From positions 100,688,001 to 100,752,000 of the forward strand of contig NC_059429.1 in the NCBI RefSeq assembly GCF_021028975.2: a stretch of DNA of 64,000 nt. The letters are read 5' to 3'. The notes under the pieces are model-generated. The model saw only the letters and a list, made by a program, of their open reading frames with translations, was not told where the DNA came from and searched no databases. The DNA comes from Sphaerodactylus townsendi (lineage: Eukaryota). The stretch's first letter is position 1, and every line of letters starts with the position of its first letter. Shown here in pieces: positions 39,970 through 51,424 of the stretch. Position numbers and translations under genes: made by a program.

Positions 39970-40765
39970 GGCCACTCCCCACTTACCTCGTCTGAGTGCA
40001 ATCCCACAGCGACCCCTCGTAGAAAAGCCTCCGTGGCTTTTGACAACGGAGACATTTGTTCCCCACTCATTTTCCATTCAGGAAATAGTGTGGGGTTCCA
40101 CATCAAGAGTCAAAGAGGCAATCGAGCGTTCTGATTGGCTGGCACACGTGTGCATCATTTACACGTGGGAGTTGCAGCCAGCTGAAGGCGGGGCTCCATT
40201 TTGATTGGCTGACCCGAAAAGTTCGTTTGGATAAGCTGAACGCATTGTTTTAAGACGTCTGCACATGCTGACGTCACTACCTGTTGCAAATTGCTTGGGC
40301 AGAAAAATGAAAGTAAATATCGGTTTCGGTTTACACCGCCGACAACCCTGTGCTCAGCAGCACTTTGCCAAGCTGCAAAACAGTGGAGCTCGAGCAAAAA
40401 AGAGCAATGTTGGCACGTCTTGTTGTGCACACGTCTCAATTTCCAAGCACTTTCTGATGGGAATACCCTCCCTAAACAAAATGATGGTTCCTGTTTCCTG
40501 ATTGGCCGGAAGCTGCGCGTCAGAGCAAATCAGCCACGCGTAAACAGCCGAGGTTCCCCACCCCCCTGCGGCACCTGCGGGGTTTTTGAAAATGTTGCTC
40601 TTTTCAGAGGAGCCAATTTGCCGCGCGACAAGGAGGTGGGAGAGCGGCAAATTAAGGGCAGCTGCGCAGTGGGCGCTGGTGACGTGGGGAACGTCCATCC
40701 TCCTCGTGTCTTTTAAAGAGGTGACCCCGCGGCTTATGGTGAGTGGGGAGTGGCCCACTGTGTCC
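39960..40765. promoter_or_regulatory. CpG-island, probably bidirectional promoter
   Basis: CpG-rich non-repeat DNA; ATTGG boxes at ~40134, 40204, 40501 and CCAAT at 40613; GC box 40187; CRE TGACGTCA 40269-40276; ETS CCGGAAG 40506; TTTGAA 40585; TTTGCCGC 40617; outward donors GAG|GTAAGT (-, 39986) and ATG|GTGAGT (+, 40739). Confidence 0.75.
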
Positions 40766-41645
40766 AGTGAGAAGGGAATGTTATAGTGGGGTATATATTG
40801 TCCACGTCCCAGGGTGGGGAACCAATCAGTAAGTGTTTGGGTGGAACTTGCCATGCAAAGGTGTGGTTGATAGTATTGTATTGCAGGTGGGGTTCCTCCC
40901 AAGTTCACAAGTATCTGTCTTTCCCCAACTGTCTCAGTGCTGTCAGCTGTCTACCACATAACCTACACAGTGCAGGAAAAGTAAGGATGAGACAAAACAA
41001 GAGACTCAAGATGATGAACCACAGCAATGGAAGGGATAGCAAAGGCACCCTCATTCATGAATGGCTGAAAAGTGGGTTACAGCCAAATGTTTGAACTGTC
41101 CTTGCTTTCCAGACTGTGTAGAATGGTTGTTCCTACACAGAACAGGACTAGATGCTGGGACTGTGCTTGCAGAAAACCTCCTGTGCACTTCTGTCATTCC
41201 CTAGATCCAGCCATGCTGGGTTACAACAGAATAACGCACCATCATCCTACTAGTGGCAGAAAGCTTCCCGTGAACTGCTTGCCTCGTGTGTGATGAAGTT
41301 ATGTCTGATACAGAGTGCGAACTCAGAGCCAATCAGTGCACTGTTTAAGGGAGAAGCATCACTGAGCCTGGATCTGCTGGAGGGGCTAGCTGCAGGAGAC
41401 CACTGTCTAGAAGGGTGCTTGGAGTACTTGGGCCATCTAGCTAGCCCTGCATCCCTGTTATGTGCTGCTATTGAGTCATCTCTTGTTCTTGCTCTGCACT
41501 CAGGTTCCTGATCCTCTGGCTGTCTTGCCCTTTGCTCCACTTTGGATGATTTCTCCTCCACTGCCACTTACTCTCCAGAGCCTGTGCAGCTCTGTCGCAG
41601 CCCCATATTTGTTTTCATTGTGCTGAACTCAAAACAATCACTATC

Positions 41646-41683
41646 GTCTCCATGGAAACAGATTTAGTGGCTTCTATGGAAAC
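41646..41683. promoter_or_regulatory. tandem RFX X-box motifs
   Basis: gtctccatggaaac (41646-41659) and gcttctatggaaac (41670-41683) resemble GTNNCCATGGNAAC; just upstream of a minus-strand ATG and GTAAGT donor. Confidence 0.5.
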
Positions 41684-42497
41684 AGGAGTAGAGGAGAAAC
41701 GGAAAGGAGGGGGAGAGCTGGAATCCCTGCAGAGCAGTAGCTTTTACTACTCCTTTGCTCCTTCCCACTTTGTATGCAGCAGTCTGAATGAACCAATGAG
41801 TGTTTGTGGGGGGGGGGTGCTGCTTCCCCTCATGCTACTAACTGCCTGCACGCCCCATGTGTGTGGCAAGGTTAAAGCCTTCCAACCCCTCCCCTTCTAC
41901 TGGCACCCCTATTATGTGTTTTGCTCTGATATGAGACTTTCTCACAGTAGTTTCTCTGAATCCTGACCTCTGGTGTCTGTCACACTGTCTGCCTCACCCT
42001 TTGATACGCTTCAGGGAATAGGAGATATTCTTTATAACACTTATTGAGGTACCCCCTTTTTGGGTGCATTCAGGACACAGGGCAACTCTCCGTCCAAAAT
42101 CTGTCATGCTAGACTGGATCTGTCTTTTCGGATTTTCAGTGCCAGTTGAAGAGATGTGTACTTTACAGCAACCATGGACCCGCCACAGAGGCCAACAGAG
42201 CAGCTCCCTGTGGTTCCAATGTGGCTGCCTCAGCTACACAGTCTCTCTGTTTTCCAATTTGTCCATTCCTTTGATTCATGATTAGAAATTCTAATCTAGT
42301 GTAGTGCTGATGCACAGGAATCTAGTGCATATTAGCAAGATAGTCAGCAACTATAGATCACTTCTACATGGCTTCTCTTCAATTTCTGTATGTGCAGTAT
42401 CTAAACAGGATCAGACTCACAGACTATATACAGAAAAAGCTTCAGCCTTCTCCACACACCATTCCCCCCCCCCCATCTGAAACAGTTTCAGGGAGTG

Positions 42498-42738
42498 AGA
42501 GACAGTATTGTGCAGTGGTTAAGAGTGGTGGACTTTAATCTGGAGAATCAGGTTTGATTCCCCACTCCTGTACATGAAGCTTGCTGAATGACCGTGGACT
42601 AGTCATTGTTCTCTCTGAACTCTCTTGCCCAACATACAAGGTATCTACTGTGAGGGAGATGGAAAGGTGATTGTAAGCCACTTTGAGGCTCCTTAAGGTA
42701 GAGAAAAGCAGGGCATAAAAACCAGCTTTTCTTCTATT
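42498..42738 (+). mobile_element. Squam3-like SINE
   Basis: gcagtggttaagagt...ggtttgattcccc A/B boxes; older copies also at ~915-1110, 3960-4430, 17790-17960, 24635-24870, 59960-60140. Confidence 0.75.
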
Positions 42739-43087
42739 TAGGGAAAGCCACGTGTTCCTTAGAATGTGTCTGGGTTTCCCAGCAGGCCCAACAGAGCTAC
42801 CCTGCAAATGAGTTCTCTGTAATGTGTGAAGAGGCTCTCAAATACTGTGTGACACTGCAGAGTGTACCAGAATACACTACTCGGCTTATACACGCACAAG
42901 CATCACTGCCGGAACACAGACCAACTGCTGTAATCCATCACCCCCATTTAGATCTCCATACATGCTGACTCTGTATATCTAAACTAAGTGCATTCAAAAC
43001 TGCCCCATCAAACTGGTCTGAACAATGGCTACCCACTCCTTTGGATTTTAGGTTCATAGTGGCTGGAGTTTTTGTTTTAAACACTCT

Positions 43088-43228
43088 GGCTCATTCCGTA
43101 CATGCAGAATAATGCACTTTCAAACTGCTTTCAGTGCTCTTTGAAGCTGTGCGGAATGGCAAAATCCACTTGCAAACAGTTGTGAAAGTGGTTTGAAAAT
43201 GCATTATTTTGCGTGTGCGGAAGGGGCC
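43088..43228. mobile_element. short Harbinger-type MITE
   Basis: long TIR ggctcattccg.acatgcagaataatgc; TSD tct; near-identical copy at 44728. Confidence 0.8.
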
Positions 43229-43382
43229 TCTGTCTTTGAGTGCTGTGTAAAAGCACTCAACTCTGTGCACGACTCAGCCTCTAGAAAACATGGCACTAGG
43301 AATATGACCTTGACCTAAATTTCAGGGAGCTAAATACAAGAAAATTATATAGTTAAAAGGGAGAATCCTGAAGCTTGAAAGC

Positions 43383-43600
43383 CCTGACTTGCATGTCCCA
43401 GGCTAGCCCAACATTATCAGTTTTCAGAAGCTAAGTAGGGTCATCCCTGCTCAGTATTTGGATGGGAGACCACCAAAGAAGTATAGGGATGCTACATAGA
43501 GGCAGGCAATGGCAAGCCACCTTTGTTCAGTTCGTGCCTTGAAAACCGTTTGGGGTAGCCATAACTTGGCCACAACTTGGTGGCAGTTTACAAACACACA
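43383..43600 (+). mobile_element. 5S rRNA-derived SINE (5S-Sauria-like)
   Basis: agaagctaagtagggtc...agtatttggatgggagacc matches the 5S internal control region, then a ggcaatggcaagccacc body; related copies ~3110-3250(-), 11900-12100(+), 16840-17015(-), 28530-28710(+), 47715-47860(-). Confidence 0.75.
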
Positions 43601-44727
43601 GGGTTAGCAAACTGGCACAAGGAACGTGCCAAGCAATTGGCCAAACATGACAGAAGATTCAAGCTTTGGGGCTCTATGGTAGCGCTCACGGCTGCCTAAT
43701 TAGTGGCACTTGCTGCTGATCTGAATGGTTAGAACATGTAGGTCGTCATTGTGCATCATGTCACACATCTCCCTGTGCATTGAAGAGACATCCACGTCAT
43801 GGCTCCTACTTGTGACAAAGAAGTAGTTTCACTATGAGAAGGGAACTGGACGGGTACCACAGCATGCACTGTGCCATTCTAGTAAGTAGACTATACACAA
43901 TACACAAGTTGTTATTTATTGTAGCACCAGCATAATTCTTACACTTTCTCCTTGGTTGCTAGAAAACCTGGATCTGACAGCATCTCGTGTCAAACACGAG
44001 GCCAGGGTGAGCCAAGAATTAGAAAACGGCAATTATAATTGCTGTCTGTTGGCACATTGGTTTTGCTTGGTTTGTTATATCTGGTCTGGAAAACTCATCA
44101 TGGAACAACAGCTGTAATTATATATTGCCCTCTGGTGGCTAGACAGCAATAAACAAACACCCTTCTGCAAAACAGTTTTTGCTGTGGGTATAGATAGCAG
44201 TTGGGGCTTGTCATTAATCTAGGTATTGAGTTCCCATGTTTCAGAGGGTAACTGCATGGTTCAATTTAAACCATTTTCCAGCCCTGCTCCCACTGTTGCT
44301 GTGTCTGCCTGAAAAACAGAAAGGCAGTTTTAGTATATTTTTAATGTGCAGGTTTTTAATTGCTGTGAAGAAAAAAATCTTCCCCTGCTTTAAAAAAGCA
44401 CTTGTGATTTGAGTCTTACTTTAATGCAGATATGGTGGTTGTCTATAACCCCATGATGAGGCACATGCAATTGTGTGGGAGGCAGATGAAACATTGCACA
44501 ACAGTACCCTCAGACAGCACTTTGTGGGTGGAGGGAGGATAATGTTTTTAACAACCTCCATCAGTGTATCCCATTAGAGGGGAAATGAGGCCAAATCCAA
44601 CTGTGTATGTATGATTTTCTCTTTTCATTTAAGCGGCAAAATTAAAGGCCAGCATTGGTTGTGAAGTAAATTTTATCAAGTCCTCAGTATTCACATTTCT
44701 GACAGATTGTGAGACACACTAAACTTA

Positions 44728-44877
44728 GGCTCATTCCGCACATGCAGAATAATGCACTTTCAAACTGCTTTCAGTGCTCTTGCTGTGCGGAATAGCTGTG
44801 CAGAATAGCAAAATCCACTTGCAAAGAGTTGTGAAAGTGGTTTGAAAACGCATTATTTTGCGTGTGCGGAACGGGCC
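44728..44877. mobile_element. short Harbinger-type MITE (copy of 43088)
   Basis: same TIR and body; flanks tta/cta. Confidence 0.8.
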
Positions 44878-44885
44878 CTAGATTC

Positions 44886-45192
44886 AGAAGAAGAAAAAGA
44901 GTTTGGATATATACCCTCCCTTTCTCTCCTGTAAGGAGATTCAAGGCGGCTTACAAACTCCTTTCCCTTTTGCTCCCCACAACTGACACCTTGTGAGGTA
45001 GGTGGGGCCGAGAGAGTTCTGAGAGAACTGTGACTAGGCCAAGGTCACCCAGCAGGAATGTAGGAGTGGAGAAATAATTCTAGTTCATCAGATAAGAGTC
45101 CACTGCTCACATGGAGGAGTGGGGAATCAAACCTGGTTCTCCAGATTAGAGTCCACCTGCTGTTAACCACTACACCTCATTACTGGCTTCCT
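44886..45192 (-). mobile_element. Squam3-like SINE
   Basis: reverse-complement copy of the 19059 family with agaagaag tail. Confidence 0.8.
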
Positions 45193-45194
45193 CA

Positions 45195-45757
45195 CATAAG
45201 AACATAAGAACAAGCCAGCTGGATCAGACCAGAGTCCATCTAGTCCAGCTCTCTGCTACTCGCAGTGGCCCACCAGGTGCCTTTGGGAGCTCACATGCAG
45301 GATGTGAAAGCAATGGCCTTCTGCGGCTGTTGCTCCCGAGCACCTGGACTGTTAAGGCATTTGCAATCTCAGATCAAAGAGGATCAAGATTGGTAGCCAT
45401 AAATCGACTTCTCCTCCATAAATCTGTCCAAGCCCCTTTTAAAGCTATCCAGGTTAGTGGCCATCACCACCTCCTGTGGCAGCATATTCCAAACACCAAT
45501 CACACGTTGCGTGAAGAAGTGTTTCCTTTTATTAGTCCTAATGAATGCCCCCTGGTTCTAGTATTGTGAGAAAGAGAGAAAAATTTCTCTCTGTCAACAT
45601 TTTCTACCCCATGCATAATTTTATAGACTTCAATCATATCCCCCCTCAGACGTCTCCTCTCCAAACTAAAGAGTCCCAAACACTGCAGCCTCTCCTCATA
45701 AGGAAGGTGCTCCAGTCCCTCAATCATTGCCCTTCTCTGCACTTTTTCTATCTCTTC
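45195..45757 (-). mobile_element. CR1 LINE 3' end
   Basis: GLEHLPYEERLQCLGLFSLERRRLRGDMIEVYKIMHG...TRTRGH is the CR1 ORF2 C-terminus; (ttcttatg)2 tail; another short CR1 tail at ~38790-38860. Confidence 0.92.
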
Positions 45758-45788
45758 ACATGACTGATTATGCCCATAAAGAGATTAT

Positions 45789-46406
45789 GGTATATTAGAA
45801 AAACATGGCTACTGTAGGCTAAAGCTTAAAATAAACCTCAGTAGCTACAGCGTGTGAAATATCAGGCTTTGATGTCTTATGGTTCATGCACATACACAGG
45901 AGAAACCAGATGCTTACCCACACAACAAACACCCTTCTGAGATTATAAACCACCCCATGTGACAAGCGGTAACCTGTTTCATCTAACCAAGTGCAGTACA
46001 AACAGAAGCCAAGGAAAAAGCAAGTCTGCATAACCACACAGCTGCCTGAACAAGTCACTATTCGACAAACCATTTTGCATGACCTATGAAAAGCAAAGCA
46101 ATGCTCTGTGGGAGCTGCATGCTCCACCATTTCATAGATTGAAATAGTGATGTATTTGTTACAGCCCTGTTCTACCAAGGCTTACTGTCACATTCCCTTG
46201 GTCCTTTACTGTGCAATAGCCTTTCCTTTACAGTCTGAAAAGCCAAATATGGTGGCATGTGTTGTAAAAGGTATATTAGAAAAACATGGCTACTGTAGGC
46301 TAAAGCTTAAAATAAACCTCAGTAGCTACAGCGTGTGAAATATCAGGCTTTGATGTCTTATGGTTCATGCACATACACAGGAGAAACCAGATGCTTACCC
46401 ACACAA
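45789..46406 (+). repeat. 137-bp exact direct repeat (45789-45925 and 46270-46406)
   Basis: identical ggtatattagaaaaac...ttacccacacaa copies 481 bp apart. Confidence 0.95.
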
Positions 46407-46475
46407 GAACCGTTTCAATATAAACGTTTTACACGTGTATTATTTAAAAGCATTTAACATGTTTTCACCTGGACA

Positions 46476-46970
46476 GTGAGACCTAGCCTGCCCTCTAGAG
46501 GGTGGTGGGAGGCCAGGCAAGTGGTTGTCTGGCAATAAGATGTGTGTGTGTGGGGTGTGTGTGTGGGGGGGGGAGGGGGAGAGCATTACTCCCAAGAGGG
46601 AGAAACAGCCAGAGGAGAAGCTGAGGCATTTTTTCTACTGATGGTGTGGAAACTTTCTAAACAGTACATTCCTGTAGAAAACAGTGGAGACAGAGCAAGG
46701 CTGCTTGCAGAGGAGTGGCCGTCTTCTGGAATGAACTCTCCTGAGAGTGTATGGCTTCCCAGTGACTGTGAGGAAAAGTAGCTAGAAGACTTTCTTCTTT
46801 TTTGGTCCTAAGCTTGGGACTGCCATTATAATTTTTATTCATATCGTTAGTTAAACCTCCCAGCTTGACCTTATTGTTTTCTCACCTTTCAATAAATGTT
46901 ATTTACCGGTAAGTGTGTTCAGGTTTTGAATGGGGCATCATTGCTTTGTGATGTGGCTCAGTCCTTGACA
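46476..46970 (+). mobile_element. possible old solo LTR
   Basis: ~500 bp, AATAAA at 46891, ends gtccttgaCA; no clear TSD or 5' TG. Confidence 0.25.
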
Positions 46971-47206
46971 ACTGTTGGAAAACGTGTCACAGCTTCTCAG
47001 CACCAGTTTTCTGTGTGGCTGCAAAGTTGCATCTCTCCCTTCACAACACTGCACATATAGTCGCTGGCTGAGGAGGGATGCCACATAAAATGTAAAGCAG
47101 TCCTTAGACTATTTTCAACTCTGATTTCAGAGGACCCTTCTCCTCCACATTGTCTTCTACCTAACCACTGATCAGAAGTTACATAAATAACATAATAAAG
47201 AGTACT

Positions 47207-47480
47207 GGGCCTTTCCCCACTTACCGTAAGCCCCACGCTACTTGAGGAGAGTAGCGCGGGGTTCCTCCTCCCTCCCCACGGCAGGAGCGGCCAATGCGCA
47301 GCCGCCCTGACGCTGCCGCTCGTAGCGGCATCCCAGGCGGCTCTTCGAACGAGGCATGCCTTTTGGCGACCCAGCACAGAAGCGGCGGGGTGCGTGGGAG
47401 GTTCCTGAAGGCGCCTGGGATGCAGCTGGCGCTGCTGAGAGCAGCGGCATAGGGAGATGGAAGGGAGTGGGGAAAGGCCC
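47207..47480. mobile_element. GC-rich PIF/Harbinger-type MITE (family of 39514)
   Basis: same TIR; body is the reverse complement of 39514-39788. Confidence 0.75.
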
Positions 47481-47861
47481 AGTGAAAGGTGATTTAAACT
47501 CCCTACTGAACACATTCCAGAGGTTGTATTTGGTTAGGAAAAAGAGAAAGACATATCCGTGACTACAAGCAAATTCATATTTATCCAAAAGAGGGCAGTA
47601 GACCCCACATTTTCTCTTCAGAATAGACTGTAGTTCCAGACAGCTGTTGTTTCTAGGCAAAGATTTCATACTCTCTAGTGGCTGTCTACTTCAAGAACAG
47701 AAACAAACAAGTGCTGCTTCCCCCCTTCAAGTAACAGCTGACTTAATGGGACCCTGTAGGTTTTCAAGGCAAGAGACATTCAGGGATAGTTTGCCATTGC
47801 CTGTTTCCTTGTTAGGACCCTGGTATTCCTTGGAGGTCTCCCATCCACATACTAGCCATGG

Positions 47862-48079
47862 CAGTGGCATAACCTATGTCCCTGGGCACAGCTAATCTGG
47901 TCAAGTAAGGGGCACAAAATTGGCCCCACACATGACTATGCCTTCCAGCCCAGCAGCTGCGGTGAGAGAAACTCGTGCCCCAGCTGCTGGGCAGGGAAGA
48001 GGGGCTGGAGCTTGACTCACAAGTAAGCAGGGCTCTGTACGGGGGGGGGGGGGGGGGATTTGGCTGCCATACGCATCTG
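47862..48079. mobile_element. small hAT element related to the 11010 element
   Basis: ends CAGTGGCATA / tacgcatctg; TSD agccatgg/agccaggg. Confidence 0.6.
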
Positions 48080-50521
48080 AGCCAGGGTTAGGATTGAGAG
48101 TGTGTGACTGACCCAAAGTCATCCAGCAGGCTTCCATGGCATGAATGGGGATTTGAACCTGGTTTCCCAGGCCTTGGTCTGACACCTTAACCGCTAACCA
48201 TGTTGCTCTTATTGTTGCTGTGCTGTATACAAATTCTCCTCCAGAAGATTCTGCAGAAGCCACCTGGATTATTGTGGCATATGTTATCATAGGCAAGAGC
48301 TCATCCCATGAGATGTACTCCCCAAAACTTTGCAGAAGTAACATAGCATTGCTAATCGACTGTCTTCTCATTTCCTAGTGGGATGGACCCCTGCTTTGGA
48401 TTCAGGCCAGGAAAGTACATGGCCCAGAAGGGGTTCCTGCACCTGACTTGGAGTCCTTCCCCTAGCCCTGTGGTTTCTCTTCTGCACTCTCAGTGCCTGC
48501 TTGTCACTCATCTTTAAAAGGAGCGAGGAAAAGCTATAGCTCCTGCTAGTCATCTCACCCTCTCCCTCCAGACAGTCGTGTTAATTAGGACCAGAGAGGA
48601 ACAGCAAAGGAATGGGCAGCAGCAAGTGAGCCCACTTAGAGGAGGGGCCCAGCTGAGACCATCTTGTCTAAGGGCCCCTCAAACCCGACCAGTGCTGCTT
48701 CCAGTGAATGAGGACTGGTTCCTCCCTATTCTCTGCCAGAAATTGGTTTGTACACAGCATGGTAGGAAAGAAGCAATGCACCTTGGTTTTGTGGAAAGTG
48801 CCATGACTGCCTTGCAATGGCAATGCATGGATGTGACCACTCGGGGAAGAATTATTGGTTAGTCTTGCAAATCTGCCATTTGAATTCTATGTTTGCAAAG
48901 ACAGTGGGAATGCATGGGTGAAGGATATGTACAGGGCTACCATTAGCAAGTAGGGAGGAGAACGTAACCCCTTCTATGGTCATAGACTCTCACGCACAAT
49001 GCTTCCTCCTTGAGGGTATTTTCCTCCCAGCTAGGTTCATTTCTTTTTAAACTAGGGAATCATTGCAAACCATCTTATTGTAACTTGTGTGATGTAATGT
49101 AAGCCTCTATGCATGTACAAAATTGCCATTACACACCAGCAAAGAACTACTGTCAAAGTCCTTCCCCCACTTCCCTTGGGATTAGAGTTTGTGGACTGAA
49201 GAGACAGAATACTCAGGCAAGATTAAACTCCGGAACATCACACTACGGAAAATGAAGTACTTCACTGCAAAAGGTCAAAGAACAGAAGGAGCTTAATGCC
49301 CAGGCAATCTCAAGAGCCACCATATTTTTGCAGAAAAACAAGTTTTTTGGGTGAATGGCCTTTTAAAAATTGAGTCAAGAAAACCTCCACTCTGTATCCC
49401 AAGATTCACAAGTCTGTACTTGTGAAGAGTGGATTTTATTACTTCCTCCTGGTAATAGGGAATAATTTATAGCTTGTAGATGAAGGTCTGCAAGCAAATA
49501 TGGCTGGAAATGAAGGACTTTGTGCTGTTTCTTAACCTGTGAAGATGGGAAGAGTTCTCCTCATCTCCATAGGCACATGCACACACCTGTTTGCAAAGCT
49601 GGATCCTGGCTTTACAAGGGGAGCAGCAGGGTCAGGGTGCCTGAGTGCTCCCCATCTCCATAGGCGTGCCCCCATTTGCAAAGCTGGATCCCAGTTTTGA
49701 AAAGGGGGGGGAACCAACAGGGTGTTTGTTGCCCTTGTGCAGCTGCTTTTGCAACAGCAGTGCCTTTTTTTTTAAAGCATTTGTGCGAAGGCAGCAGCAT
49801 TTCCTACAGTGGCAGTCTTAGCAAGGTCTGCTGGAAAGTATAAGTGGAATCTGGACCCTCCTCGATGGTTGAGGACTACCATTCCCAGGAACCCTTGCCT
49901 TTTCTGGTTCAGAATTGGGAGCTTGCTACACAATTATATAGTAAGGTAACTGTCTGTAAAACAGTCTTGTAAATCTAGTCAGCACTATTGTATCTCTACT
50001 GCAAAAGAAACTGGGGATGAGGGAGTAGCCTGCTTAAGGTCCCCTAGTGAATTCATGAGAGAGGAGAGATTCGAACCAGGGGGTTCCTGCTTTATAGCTC
50101 AGTATCTTTGATGCTAGGCAACACCAGTTCCCCTTCATGGGTGCTTCATCATCAGCTTGAGAATAGCTCTGCTAATTTTCTTATCTCAAAAAAGCAGGAA
50201 GGAGCAACAAGTAATGAAAGGCACTGTGGTGGTATTAAGACTGACCTGCATTGGTCTGAGAGATTTGTTCCCCTGCCTCAGACTCTGGAACAAGCCTCCG
50301 ACTGACAACATTACCAAGCTTAATCTGGGTTTGGTCCAGTCAATTCAAAACAACACAAATAAAGCAAAATAAAACATTATTGAATATTTTTAAAAGACTT
50401 TAAAAGCAATATATTTCCAGTGACAGTATTAAGTATGCAGAAATAAAAAAAGCTCTCTTTCTACATACACTTACAGAAAGCAAGCAGCATGGATCTTAGC
50501 TTTTTACAACTACAGCAGTTG

Positions 50522-51258
50522 TGTTACCGCGCTGCTCAGGGTAACACTTTCCTTGCTCTAGAGTATCCCGCTCTCGGCAGCGCCCAGGAACCCAAGCAAG
50601 ACCCGACAAGGCTCGGATATATATAAAAGAGATTTATTGAGATGCTGACCTAAGTGTCAGCACCTCCCTTCTGCACAAACACTGCGCTGCCTAGCAGCCT
50701 TACAATCCCTTAAGTACACTTTCTCCCGTCGGGAGCCCGGGAGAACCAAAGACAGCCCACCACCATTCAAAACAACCAATCATACATTGCAACATGCAGG
50801 AACCAATCAATGTCCGATAGGCATTCCCTTCTCGAGTTTCGCGCCAGAGCAGGCGGCCGAGGCGATGGCATTAATCCCACTGGCGGGGGGGGACACACAA
50901 AGGTTTTCTCCAGGTGTCGGGGTCAGGAGGCAGAGGGGAAGCGATGACGTGTTCCCCTTATCTGCCTGCTGATGGGATTAGGCAGAACGAAGCCTCGGCG
51001 GAGGTTTCCCTTTGTCAGCGTGCATCAAGAAACTTTACCTGCGTGAATGGGATGGGTCGGGTGAGGCAGCGATGGCTCTCTGCCTTGGGCCCAAGGAGGT
51101 TCCATACAAACACAAGTACAGGAAACTTACAAATCCTATTGCTTATCTAATACAAACTAGTTTCTGCCTAGCCAAATACAAAACAGAATAAATCTTTCAA
51201 GCGTTTTTTGGATTTCAGACACAGTCCAGGGTAGGGATTCTCTCCTGGCTCCGTATCA
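50522..51258 (-). repeat. 3' LTR (737 bp)
   Basis: minus AATAAA at 50633-50638, ATTGG boxes in U3; preceded by the PPT. Confidence 0.95.
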
Positions 51259-51272
51259 TTTCCCCACTTTCT
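51259..51272 (-). other. polypurine tract
   Basis: AGAAAGTGGGGAAA immediately before the 3' LTR. Confidence 0.85.
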
Positions 51273-51424
51273 GGGCTTTCCGCCATTTGCAATCATGGCG
51301 TGAATGCCCAGGCTAATTCGCTGTGAGTACCGGGAAGGGGCCCTGGCTGCACTGGGTAGTCAGGGATGCGAGGAGCATGACAGGCTCTTGGCAGACGGCG
51401 GGGAGCATTGGGACCTTTAAGAAC

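Noticed and set aside
40354-40908. 184-aa minus ORF, and the many ORFs at 13-14.5 kb and 53.4-54.4 kb
   Set aside because: Expected by chance in GC-rich promoter, repeat and ERV DNA; no recognisable domains.
41290-41365. C/D-box snoRNA (GTGATGA...CTGA, ~76 nt)
   Set aside because: No terminal stem and no recognisable rRNA/snRNA antisense element.
43400-43500. 5S rRNA gene
   Set aside because: Degenerate, fused to a SINE body and dispersed in many copies.
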